Of a stretch of 64,000 bases of DNA, positions 27,401-36,915 are shown in pieces; within the stretch, counting starts at the first letter, position 1, and every line of letters begins with the position of its first letter. The DNA comes from Turneriella sp. (lineage in GTDB: Bacteria; Spirochaetota; Leptospiria; Turneriellales; Turneriellaceae): assembly GCA_965279515.1 (NCBI GenBank), contig CBDIID010000003.1, positions 3,456,001 to 3,520,000 of the forward strand, in the 5' to 3' direction. The position numbers and the translations under genes are program-made. The notes beneath the pieces are model-generated. The model was not told the origin of the DNA, searched no databases, and saw only the letters and a list, made by a program, of their open reading frames with translations.

Positions 27401-27474
27401 AACGCAGGGGACGCAAAGTGACGCAAAGTAATAAAGCTATTCGGGTCTTTGCGCAACTCTGCGCACTCTGCGTT
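27401..27474. repeat. inverted (ACGCA(G/A)AG)3-type palindromic element overlapping a gene start
   Basis: AACGCAGGGGACGCAAAGTGACGCAAAG ... CTTTGCGCAACTCTGCGCACTCTGCGTT. Confidence 0.7.
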
Positions 27475-28488
27475 TTTTTCCTGGCATCTGTCGTATCGGC
27501 CACCGTCATCGTCCAGAAAAACGGCGACGTCATCAGCGGCCGCATTCTTGAAGAAAAGACGGATAAATATGTTTTCCAAAGCCCCTACGGCAAATTACAG
27601 ATAGCGAAGGCGAATGTCTTAAAGCTGATTCTCGATGAAAAAACGATCGAGCTGAAAAACGTCACGGTGGGCGATAAGACCGTCAAGGCGCGGCTCGTGA
27701 ACCAGGACAACAATACATCCGTCTATCTGACAGAAGACGGCCGTACGATTCGTAAAGACGACAAAGAGAACGCAGAGCCGGCGAAAAAAGATTTTCCGCG
27801 CGATAAAGTCATCATCGGCCTTTCAGGTTATTATGGTTTTTCGACTTTTCAGCAGTTTGCCACTGAAAACTCCGGTGGCCCCCCGCCACTCGAGCAGTCA
27901 TGGCACCCGAATACATTTGGCTTCAATTTGTCGGGGCATTACGCCCTGTTCCGTTACATGGGTTTCGGTCTGAACGCCTCGTTTCACCGTTGGGCCAATA
28001 CCGTGAGTTTTGCGCCACTGGCGCCGGCGCCGGGTTTTGATGCTGCAACCAGCAACCAATCGCTTTTTGCCGGCGCCTCCTTGGTTTTTTCTCTTTTGGG
28101 AAATCTCGGGTCGACGGTTCATGCGCACGACATACGCCTCGAGATTGCCGGGGGCGGTTCTTTCAATTCAGCCAATATCGATATGACTTTCAAACAGCCG
28201 CTCTCCGGGTTTCCGGCTTCGGCAAACGCGACGGGTAAGAATCGCGCCGCCGCACTCGATACACAGCTTTATTATACCTACAGTTTTTCCCCGTCCTTCA
28301 GGGTTCGCATGGGCTTTGGTTACCACCGCATTTTTTACACGAACATCTATGAACCGACTCTGCAGAGTGCATCTGCGTTTCCCGGTGCGCCTGGCGGCTT
28401 TAAAGGCGATTTCGAAAAAAGCCTGGGCTCAGAGGGGAAGAACCCCCAGATTATTTCAATTCTGCTCGGTTTCGAAATCGGCTTTTAG
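27418..28488 (+). CDS. exported protein: N-terminal Sm-like module plus outer-membrane beta-barrel
   Basis: Signal peptide ...VVSA, then TVIVQKNGDVISGRIL; C-terminal beta strands ending LGFEIGF. Confidence 0.8.
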   Translation: MTQSNKAIRVFAQLCALCVFFLASVVSATVIVQKNGDVISGRILEEKTDKYVFQSPYGKLQIAKANVLKLILDEKTIELKNVTVGDKTVKARLVNQDNNTSVYLTEDGRTIRKDDKENAEPAKKDFPRDKVIIGLSGYYGFSTFQQFATENSGGPPPLEQSWHPNTFGFNLSGHYALFRYMGFGLNASFHRWANTVSFAPLAPAPGFDAATSNQSLFAGASLVFSLLGNLGSTVHAHDIRLEIAGGGSFNSANIDMTFKQPLSGFPASANATGKNRAAALDTQLYYTYSFSPSFRVRMGFGYHRIFYTNIYEPTLQSASAFPGAPGGFKGDFEKSLGSEGKNPQIISILLGFEIGF

Positions 28489-28510
28489 GCGTCGCGTTTC
28501 CGCAGGAAAC

Positions 28511-29353
28511 TTATTTCGGATAAGCGAATGGCAGGCTGACCGGCTGGCCCATGATGTTGAACTCGACCGCCGAAGTAAAACGGTAGTCGGTAGAACTCAG
28601 GTCGCGCAGTTTCGGCACGAGATCGATAATGTCGCGGCCGCGCAGGTTGACGGGGATCGAAATCTGCGAATCGGACCCTTTGGGCAGGGTCTGGTTTTGT
28701 TTCGTGCCACTGACTACGTTCGTGCCGGCAGCAGTGAACCCATATTCGATTTTGGGTATCTTGATGTCGAACGGGTTGGAGTTCTTCACATTGAATTTCA
28801 GATTGAACGTCGCACTGGGATTCAACGGATTTGAGAAGTTCATGCTGCCGAAGTCGAGCGAACCGAAAGCGACATGGGGTAATTTTGGCACAGGTACAAC
28901 CTTACTGCCCTCAATCGGTACATTGATCGTCCCGATCAGGTCATTGACATAAATACCCACTGCGCCCTTCAGCGCGATCTCTACGGAGTCCTTTTTAGCA
29001 AATTCAAAGATGGCTTCGACGGTTTCGACATAACGCACACGCTGTACGATCGAGAATTGTGTGGTTTCATTGGCTTTGATAACGACGTTTTTATCATTCT
29101 GCGCATCGATCATCCGCTTGCCGTCGACGCTGATCTGGAAGGCCAGCTTTGAAAACGTGACGCCAAAGCTGACTTTATTGTGGATGGAGTAGATATATTC
29201 AATATCCGCCCCTTCGAAATCGAAGCCCTTGAGCTGGATATCTTTGAGAGCGATTGTCGGCGCGTATTCGCTGAGTGTGTTCTGTAACAGCGAGCAGGAA
29301 AGCAGGGGGATTAAAACTGTAATCAGGGTAAAGGGTCTTAAAAAACGGCGCAT
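28511..29353 (-). CDS. LEA type 2 (WHy) tandem-domain lipoprotein
   Basis: Lipobox LLSC; two WHy-like domains (VKNSNPFDIKI); probable start 29353. Confidence 0.82.
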   Translation of the reverse strand: MRRFLRPFTLITVLIPLLSCSLLQNTLSEYAPTIALKDIQLKGFDFEGADIEYIYSIHNKVSFGVTFSKLAFQISVDGKRMIDAQNDKNVVIKANETTQFSIVQRVRYVETVEAIFEFAKKDSVEIALKGAVGIYVNDLIGTINVPIEGSKVVPVPKLPHVAFGSLDFGSMNFSNPLNPSATFNLKFNVKNSNPFDIKIPKIEYGFTAAGTNVVSGTKQNQTLPKGSDSQISIPVNLRGRDIIDLVPKLRDLSSTDYRFTSAVEFNIMGQPVSLPFAYPK

Positions 29354-29465
29354 CGTTCCGAGAGGGTGATTTGACAGCGTTGTCAACTAAAACTAGGCCA
29401 AAACTCCGTCCAGCGGAACCGTATTCCAGCTTTACAAGATACTGACATTTTCTTGGTTAATTGTC

Positions 29466-31181
29466 ATGAGTAAAAAGAACCTGCTTCTCAACCCCAAAAC
29501 GGAAAAATTCGAACATCTCGACGTTGCCTCGCGTCGCCTGATGACCAAGACCATCGAATACTTTGAGAAGAAGGGCCTGAAAAGCCTGAAACACGACGAC
29601 CACGAACGCGTCTGGTACGCCGATTTTCTGAATGTTATTAAAGAGGAAAAGATTTTTGCGACGCTCATGACTCCAGCAGGCTATGGCCCCAAAGATTCAC
29701 GCTGGGATACCTACCGTAACTGCGACTTCAGCGAGGTGACGGCATTTTATGGTCTCGCGTATTGGTACACCTGGCAGGTGACGATGCTGGGCCTCGGCCC
29801 GATCTGGATGAGCAAGAATGAAAAAGTCAAAAATAAAACTGCGGAACTGCTGCAGCAAGGTGGTATCTTTGCCTTTGGGTTATCGGAACGTGCCCACGGC
29901 GCGGACCTGATTTCGAGCGAAGTCACACTCACACCAAATGGTGACGGTAAATACCTTGCGACCGGTAGAAAGTATTACATCGGCAACGGCAATAAGGCCG
30001 CGCTCGTTTCAACGTTTGGCAAAGTTGCCGGCACCGGCGACTATGTGTTCTTTGTCGTCGAGGCATCCCACCCGAAATACAAACTTGTGCAGAACGTGGT
30101 CAACAGCCAGAATTATGTGTCGGAGTACGAACTCGACAACTACCCGATCACCGACGACGACATTTTAGCCGTGGGCCGCGAGGCCTGGGATATGTCGCTC
30201 GCGACAGTTGCGCTCTGCAAGTATAACCTCGGTTGGGCGTCTGTGGGTATCTGTACCCATGCATTCTATGAGGCGATCAACCACGCTTCGAACCGCGTGC
30301 TGTTCCGCCACAAGGTGACCGAATTCAGCCATATTCAGCAGTTCTTCGTCGATGCCTATACGCGCCTCATCTCCATGAAACTTTTCGCGCGCCGCGCGTC
30401 CGATTACATGCGCGCCGCTTCGGAAGGTGACAAGCGCTACCTGCTCTATAACCCGATGGTGAAGATGAAAGTCACGATGCAGGGCGAAGAAGTCATCAAC
30501 CTGCTCTGGGACGTCATCGCCGCGCGCGGTTTTGAGAAAGATCTTTATTTTGAAATGGCGGCGCGCGACATCCGCGGCTTGCCGAAACTCGAGGGCACGG
30601 CGCAGGTCAACATGGTGCTGATTCTGAAGTTCATCGACAACTTCCTCTTCAACCCGAGCGACTTGCCCGAGCTACCAAAAAACGATTCGTTGGGTAACGA
30701 TGCCTTCATGTTCACGCAGGGCGCGACGTCGAAGGCGCAGAACAAAATTCTCTTCCACGACTACAACAAGGCATATGACCAGTTCAAGCAGCTCGAGAAT
30801 ATTAAGGTCTTCCGCACGCAGATCGATGCATACAAAGAACTGATCAAGAATGCACCACCCGAAAAAGACCAGACCCGCGACCTCGACTTCATGTTAATCT
30901 ACGGCGAACTCTTCACTCTTGTGGCTTATGGCCAGCTGGTGCTCGAAGCCGCGAAGATTGAAAATCTCGATATCGACCTCGTCGACCAGATCTTCGACTA
31001 TATGGTGCGGGACTTTTCGAAGTATGCCGTGCAGCTCTATTCGAAAACCAGCAGCACGCCTGCGCAGATGGCAGCCTGCCTCAAGATGGTGAAGAAACCC
31101 GTGGCAAACGCAGAACGTTATGAGCGCGTGCGCGACGAGTATGTCTACTCACTCGCCGGCCAGTATGCGATGAACCCGTAA
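29466..31181 (+). CDS. acyl-CoA dehydrogenase
   Basis: AFGLSERAHGAD, GRKYYIGNG, R.LF, LPKLEGT motifs. Confidence 0.92.
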   Translation: MSKKNLLLNPKTEKFEHLDVASRRLMTKTIEYFEKKGLKSLKHDDHERVWYADFLNVIKEEKIFATLMTPAGYGPKDSRWDTYRNCDFSEVTAFYGLAYWYTWQVTMLGLGPIWMSKNEKVKNKTAELLQQGGIFAFGLSERAHGADLISSEVTLTPNGDGKYLATGRKYYIGNGNKAALVSTFGKVAGTGDYVFFVVEASHPKYKLVQNVVNSQNYVSEYELDNYPITDDDILAVGREAWDMSLATVALCKYNLGWASVGICTHAFYEAINHASNRVLFRHKVTEFSHIQQFFVDAYTRLISMKLFARRASDYMRAASEGDKRYLLYNPMVKMKVTMQGEEVINLLWDVIAARGFEKDLYFEMAARDIRGLPKLEGTAQVNMVLILKFIDNFLFNPSDLPELPKNDSLGNDAFMFTQGATSKAQNKILFHDYNKAYDQFKQLENIKVFRTQIDAYKELIKNAPPEKDQTRDLDFMLIYGELFTLVAYGQLVLEAAKIENLDIDLVDQIFDYMVRDFSKYAVQLYSKTSSTPAQMAACLKMVKKPVANAERYERVRDEYVYSLAGQYAMNP

Positions 31182-31185
31182 CGGT

Positions 31186-32886
31186 TCAGGTGGATTGCAT
31201 CTTCGCCAGATAATAGCTGCTATAACCCGCCTTATCTTTGGCTGCCGCGAGCTCAAAATAACGGCGGGCTTCGGTGATCTTTCCGGCACTGAAATAACTG
31301 CGGCCGATTTCTTCGAGCAGCAGCGGGTGTTCGCCATGCTTCACTATTTCGTTTTGCAGGTGGGTTACGGCGACATCGACACCCTGTTGTTTGCGCAAAA
31401 CGCGAATCAGCGATATCGCAGCACGCAGGGGGAGTGATATGTTTTTCTGCAGGATCTCTTCGATGCGCGCGGCATTGCCTTCGGCAAGCGCAGCGCGGCT
31501 GAGCTCGACGTGGGCGATCAGCGCCGAGTCAGAACCGTGCGGTTTTGTCACCGCGCGCGGCTCACCTAAAATATCCACGGTGACAAGCGTGCGGTCGTCG
31601 TTGGCACTTTCAGCACCGAAAAAAAGATCGGTGGCGGCGAAAACAGATGCGGTAAACTGCCGCGCCCCGGCGCCGGCGCTGTCCTTGAGCAGGTCTTGCA
31701 GGCGGCTCTCTCCCCAGAATTCGCCGCTCTTCTGCCGCGCCTCGGTGATGCCGTCGGTATAGATCAGCAGCCGGTCGTCCTTTTTCAACTGCACACGCCG
31801 CACCGGAAAGTTGAGCGCCGGCAGCTTGCCTAGAATCGTACCGCCGCTATCGAGTGAGGCGATGGAGTTATCCGATAAGAGAAACATTTCCGGGTGTGCG
31901 GCACCGCAGTATTCGAGTTCAAAAGAATCGGGATGGATCTTGCAGAGAATCCCTGTGAGATAAAAATCTGTCTGCCCGATGATGCGGCACATGTCATCAT
32001 TAATTTTACCCAGTACACGCCCGGTATCACTCTCGCCCTTGACGGCATTTTCGAGACTCACCTTCAGCATCGCGGTGATCAGCGCCGAACCCGCGCCATG
32101 GCCCGAAACATCCGCGACGAAAATACCCGCTTCACCCGAATCGAAGCGAAAGATTTCAAAATAATCGCCGCCCACAGCCACCATCGGTTTAACCCGGCCG
32201 GCGATGGCGATACGGTCGTCGGCATACTCGTCGCGCGCGAGGATGGCTTTCTGTACTGTTGCGGCGATCGCCAGGTCGGACGACATTTCCTGGTTGCGTT
32301 CAGCGAGTATGCGCCCCTGGTCAAAATAACTCGCCTCAGATTTCTGCAGGCGCAGAACGACAAAACCCAAAATGCCCACGATTGAAAACAGCGCCGTCGT
32401 CACCACAACCATATGCAGAATTGCCATGATATTGTTATAGACCGGAATATTGAGTTCCGGTGGCAGCTTGCCCATGAGGTAGAGGACTCCTAATGCGCAA
32501 AAGCCCACTGAAGAAAAGCCCGCCGTGAAAAAACCATAGCGCAGATCGGTGACGAGCACCGTGAAAGCCGCGACGACAATGAGCACCATGGTGAAGGGGC
32601 TGGCAAAGAGGCCTGTGGCAGAGAGCGCGTAGAGCAGTACAAGGCTGTCGCTGGAGATCATGAAGTAGATCATGATCTTGTCGCCCTTTAGGTTCCAGAA
32701 CGAAATAAGCGCCAGTGTATTCATGAACGCCAGCGCTCCGCCTGCTACCGTAATGTAGCGGGCGAAGGGTATATTGAACCAGTTGATCAGGACGGTCGAA
32801 AGTGCGATCCAAAAATAGCGGGTATAGACGGCGGCGAGCAACTGCCGCCGGTAGCGCTGGGTCTTTTCGGTGTCGAGGTGGTTCAT
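31186..32886 (-). CDS. multi-TM SpoIIE (PP2C) phosphatase with C-terminal TPR
   Basis: 5-6 TM segments, VGGDYF, ADVSGHG, YTDG, DDRT; C-terminal TPR. Confidence 0.9.
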   Translation of the reverse strand: MNHLDTEKTQRYRRQLLAAVYTRYFWIALSTVLINWFNIPFARYITVAGGALAFMNTLALISFWNLKGDKIMIYFMISSDSLVLLYALSATGLFASPFTMVLIVVAAFTVLVTDLRYGFFTAGFSSVGFCALGVLYLMGKLPPELNIPVYNNIMAILHMVVVTTALFSIVGILGFVVLRLQKSEASYFDQGRILAERNQEMSSDLAIAATVQKAILARDEYADDRIAIAGRVKPMVAVGGDYFEIFRFDSGEAGIFVADVSGHGAGSALITAMLKVSLENAVKGESDTGRVLGKINDDMCRIIGQTDFYLTGILCKIHPDSFELEYCGAAHPEMFLLSDNSIASLDSGGTILGKLPALNFPVRRVQLKKDDRLLIYTDGITEARQKSGEFWGESRLQDLLKDSAGAGARQFTASVFAATDLFFGAESANDDRTLVTVDILGEPRAVTKPHGSDSALIAHVELSRAALAEGNAARIEEILQKNISLPLRAAISLIRVLRKQQGVDVAVTHLQNEIVKHGEHPLLLEEIGRSYFSAGKITEARRYFELAAAKDKAGYSSYYLAKMQST

Positions 32887-32937
32887 GCGGGCGACATCGT
32901 GGCGATGCGCGACGCGTCGGTCAAGGGATTTATGGGG

Positions 32938-33411
32938 TCAATAGCTGCCGACGTTCACAACCTTGGGCGCCCCGGATGCCGGTGCAATAATCGTGACGGG
33001 AGCGGGCATACCCTTTGCCGGATCATTTTTAGCAATCCAGACGGTGTAGCGCGCCCCGGCGATCTTTTTCGCACCATACCCTTCGCCGTTCGAAACGGTT
33101 TTGTTCACGCGTGTGATTTGTAATGGGTAGGCATAGTGTTTGAAATTATTGAAATCCTTCTTTAACCCAAATTGTTTTGTGTTGTTCGAGACCGAACCAT
33201 TGTCGTTGACCAGCGTGCCGCCGGCAATTTCGCCAAAGGCCGTTGCGGCGTCTTCGACAGATTTGCTGTCTTTGAGTATTTTTGCATAGGCCTCGACGAT
33301 TGTTTTGACTTCAGCAGGCAGATCTGCCGCCGGAATGTCATCCGCCTTGTTCCATGCATTCAGTGAAGTGAGGGCGCACAGGCATAAGCCGAGCATCAGT
33401 TTTTTCAGCAT
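32938..33411 (-). CDS. exported hypothetical protein
   Basis: Signal peptide MLKKLMLGLCLCALTSLNA; probable start 33411. Confidence 0.78.
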   Translation of the reverse strand: MLKKLMLGLCLCALTSLNAWNKADDIPAADLPAEVKTIVEAYAKILKDSKSVEDAATAFGEIAGGTLVNDNGSVSNNTKQFGLKKDFNNFKHYAYPLQITRVNKTVSNGEGYGAKKIAGARYTVWIAKNDPAKGMPAPVTIIAPASGAPKVVNVGSY

Positions 33412-33460
33412 GATGCTTTTTAATGTTTGGCCGGTGGCGGTCAAGCGCATATCATGCAGC

Positions 33461-35485
33461 CTACTGGTTCAGGAAGATCAGCACGCGTTCGTGGGCGAAG
33501 TCGGCCACCAACAGTGCATTGGGTGTCATCAGAATCGAAGAAGGACTCTTGAACACACGGCCTGAGGCGGGATTCGAGCCGTTGTCATCCACATTGTCCT
33601 GATTGTCATCGTTTGCCGTGACATGCGTGAAATCATTTTGGCCGAGCACGACATTTGCGGGCTGGTTGTTCGCGGTGGGGAACGTATTCCAGATCAGCAC
33701 GCGGTTATTGCCCTTGTCGAGTACGGCGAGACGTATACCATCGCTCGAGACCGCAGCAGGCGCGCTGAGCGAGCTGGCAGACGGGCCGCCGTTGTTCACT
33801 GCACTGGTTGAAAAATTCGGCTGCCCGAGTACGATATCGGCGGCCTGGCCGTTGGTCGTGGGAAAATTATTCCAGATCAGCACACGATGGTAACCTGCAT
33901 CGGCGACCACGAGTTTCTGACCATTGGTCCAGGGTTTACCCGGTGTCATGAGCGTCGTTGGTCCTGCCCCCCCCGCTGTGCAAGAGGTAAAGTTTGTCTG
34001 TCCGAGGACCAGGTTGGGAAACTGCGTACCATTCATGGGCATGGGATTCCAAATCAAAAGCCTGTTGTTTGTCTTATCGGGCAGAATTAGCCTGCCCGCG
34101 GATGCTTCAAGCTGTTCGTTGGTATTGGCAAATTCGCTCTGCGTACAGGTGGCACCGGTGGATCCCTGACCGAATGATGGCGCCGGAAATGCACCCGCGC
34201 TCATCGGCGGTGGCGCAAAAAACGAAAGGTCTGCAGCTGCCGTGGTGTTATTGGTGCGGATCATCAGAGGTCCGTCAACAGCGACCGCGCCGTTAAAACC
34301 TGTCACAATGTACGAGGCCGGTGCATCGTTTACGTTTGGCATCAGATTAAAGACATGTAGTTTGCTGCCCGTCTTTTGGCTGAGATAGAGTGTACCCATC
34401 TGCGCATCCATGTCGACGATGTCGAAGGTACCGGTGGTTCCCTTCGTGGTGAAATTGGCTGAACCCAGAACGAAATTTGCAGCCTGAAAGGTCGTGAACG
34501 AGCCATTGCCGCTGCCAGGGTTAAACATCTGCTCCCCCGGTTTCGGGAAGGTCTGGTCCCAAAGCAGCGAGGGTGTAACTCCCTCAACAATGTACATTTC
34601 CTGTTTCGAACTGCCTTCGGGTACGGCCGATAACAGAACGAGTTCTCCGCCGCGATTCGCACTGTAGAGAACACTGAGGTTGCGTACTTGCACATGCGCA
34701 TTGGCCAGGGAAATGCCCAGTGCCGTAACCGGACCACCCATCGATTGGTAAGATGATGTTTGCACCTGATTTCCCTGGACCGTGAAAAAAGCATCCTGCC
34801 GCTGCACAAACTGGGGATTGATCTGTATCAGGCTATTGCTGCCCTGGCTGCTGTTCATCGCGTTCAGGGTTGCATCCGAAGAATCGGGGCTCATTAGATA
34901 GACCAGCCCTGTCGTCGTGTTGCGGGCGAAGAGGCTCGTGCCAGAAATAGCAATGCCGACGATCTTGAGGCTTGCCCACAAGGTATTGTTGATAGCTGTC
35001 AGCGCCGTGGTGTTTACCGACCCCGAGGTGACATCCGCATAAACGATATCACCTGAAGAATCGTTCACATAGATGCGCACACCCGACGAAGACTTTGTCA
35101 TGGCAAAGGAGATCGTACTATTCCAGGCTTGCTCGGCGGATGACACCGTCATCGGCTGGGGCGCATTGAAAAATGGCAGAACGCCGTCTTCGTTGTACGG
35201 TGTCAGGGATTTCGTGATAAATATGTGGTGCTTACCCGTCGTGCAGCTGCCGCAGGTGCGGTCAGAGCCGAATGCTGCGACCAGGTATCCGTCAGATAAC
35301 CTCACGAGGTAAGGATTGTAATCGTCATAGTCTGCAAGCGAGATGGCTGCACCGTCGGCGGTGCGTAAGGCAAACGCCGTACTGATCTTCGCATCGTCAG
35401 CCTGCTTTAATGCGCAACCGAAATAGAACAAAGCCGGCCACAAAAATAACAGCCGGATTTTTTTCCCTTTAAATACGCGCATCAC
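33461..35485 (-). CDS. lipoprotein with NHL-repeat beta-propeller
   Basis: Lipobox FYFGC; repeats D..NNR.LIWN..P..N...A..VLGQ..F. Confidence 0.85.
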   Translation of the reverse strand: MMRVFKGKKIRLLFLWPALFYFGCALKQADDAKISTAFALRTADGAAISLADYDDYNPYLVRLSDGYLVAAFGSDRTCGSCTTGKHHIFITKSLTPYNEDGVLPFFNAPQPMTVSSAEQAWNSTISFAMTKSSSGVRIYVNDSSGDIVYADVTSGSVNTTALTAINNTLWASLKIVGIAISGTSLFARNTTTGLVYLMSPDSSDATLNAMNSSQGSNSLIQINPQFVQRQDAFFTVQGNQVQTSSYQSMGGPVTALGISLANAHVQVRNLSVLYSANRGGELVLLSAVPEGSSKQEMYIVEGVTPSLLWDQTFPKPGEQMFNPGSGNGSFTTFQAANFVLGSANFTTKGTTGTFDIVDMDAQMGTLYLSQKTGSKLHVFNLMPNVNDAPASYIVTGFNGAVAVDGPLMIRTNNTTAAADLSFFAPPPMSAGAFPAPSFGQGSTGATCTQSEFANTNEQLEASAGRLILPDKTNNRLLIWNPMPMNGTQFPNLVLGQTNFTSCTAGGAGPTTLMTPGKPWTNGQKLVVADAGYHRVLIWNNFPTTNGQAADIVLGQPNFSTSAVNNGGPSASSLSAPAAVSSDGIRLAVLDKGNNRVLIWNTFPTANNQPANVVLGQNDFTHVTANDDNQDNVDDNGSNPASGRVFKSPSSILMTPNALLVADFAHERVLIFLNQ

Positions 35486-35519
35486 ATCCCCCTGCCTTTT
35501 ACAACAAAATCATATATCA

Positions 35520-36908
35520 TCAAAATACCACCGTCAGACTCACCAGGTGCGCCATCCGCAAATCGGAGCCGCTGCTACCGTCTGAATTCGTACCCGGGTA
35601 AGCCGCGCCCGGTTTAAAAACACCAAAGCCATAGAAGAACTGGATATCGGTAAAAACACCGTACGTCAGCGCGACATCCAGCCCCTGGCCGACATCCGCA
35701 TTGTCTTCCGTTGCATAGGTATCAGAGATACCGCCCTTGGCTTTTGTTTTGCGGTAAAGCGAGTACTTAACCTGGGTGCCCAGATTGCGCAGCGCATGGA
35801 TAAATTTCAGTGGCCGCAGCTGAAAGCCGGCACGGTAGATTGTCATGTTGGTGAGCCGCGGCTTGAGCGCGAGCCCGGCTGAAAAGCTGCCATACGCCTG
35901 AAAGGCATTGTAGTTGCCGGAGTTATTGCTCTGCGACGGTGTGGAAACGCTGGTGCTGTCTTCATCGCCGCTGCCCATGGCAAAATCGGCAACGAATTGC
36001 GAGTCGATGCGCTTGAGTACAGGAAGGGTCCAGCTGAAATTGGCAATCACCGCATAGGCCTGTATTGCCGCCGCGGTCGAAACGCCGTTGCTCACGGCGT
36101 TGAAGGCATTACCGCCCTGGTAAATGGCATCGATGCGGTAACGGTAATTCGCATTGTAGATATATCCTAAAAGCCCGATGCCCGCATAATACGGATTATA
36201 TTCGTACCGCGTTGTATTCGACGAGGCTTCGCTGATCATATCTTTGGAAACCAGCGAGTACAAGGAAAGCTGGCCGCCCAAAAAAACCGGGGAGGTATAG
36301 TCGACAACACCAAACACCCGCTGGCCTGAGTTCTGCACTCCCGAATCGGCGCTCAATGTCGGTGTCGATACGAACGCATTGGTATCGCCTGCACAACCGG
36401 TCACATTCAGTGCGCAGTTTTTAGAGCCATAGTCGGCAGAATACAGCCCCATGCCGCGCAGCGTACCAAAAGAAAAGGTGCCCGTATATGCAGCGCCGTC
36501 GGCAAAGTTGGCAAACAATATGCCCTGCTCGGTCATGAAAAAATTTCTGCCGAAATTGAAGCGGTGGTTTCCGAAGGTGGCATCCACAGAGAAAATTTCC
36601 ATGGCTCCTGAAACGCTGGTCTGCTGTGTACCGTTGGTAGGCGCTTCGATGTAGCGTTTCACCGTCAGGTTTCCCCGCACGAGGGTTTCAAACCGGCGGT
36701 CGTAGGTATACTTGAGGTAAGGCCGGTAAAACCCCGAGAACAATCCCTTCGTAATCGTTTTATCCTGGTAAAAGGTATTGGTCGTGATTGCGCCCAACCG
36801 CACGTTGTGATTGCTGGTAATAGCTTCTTCTGCCGCTTCTGCGCGGAGCGCACCGGCCGAAGCAACAGCGAGGCACAAAGGCAAAACTTTGAAATATTTG
36901 AATCCCAT
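35520..36908 (-). CDS. outer-membrane beta-barrel protein (alginate-export-like)
   Basis: Signal peptide, many amphipathic strands, SGDED loop, F.PG.AY, terminal F. Confidence 0.75.
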   Translation of the reverse strand: MGFKYFKVLPLCLAVASAGALRAEAAEEAITSNHNVRLGAITTNTFYQDKTITKGLFSGFYRPYLKYTYDRRFETLVRGNLTVKRYIEAPTNGTQQTSVSGAMEIFSVDATFGNHRFNFGRNFFMTEQGILFANFADGAAYTGTFSFGTLRGMGLYSADYGSKNCALNVTGCAGDTNAFVSTPTLSADSGVQNSGQRVFGVVDYTSPVFLGGQLSLYSLVSKDMISEASSNTTRYEYNPYYAGIGLLGYIYNANYRYRIDAIYQGGNAFNAVSNGVSTAAAIQAYAVIANFSWTLPVLKRIDSQFVADFAMGSGDEDSTSVSTPSQSNNSGNYNAFQAYGSFSAGLALKPRLTNMTIYRAGFQLRPLKFIHALRNLGTQVKYSLYRKTKAKGGISDTYATEDNADVGQGLDVALTYGVFTDIQFFYGFGVFKPGAAYPGTNSDGSSGSDLRMAHLVSLTVVF

Positions 36909-36915
36909 GTTCGCG

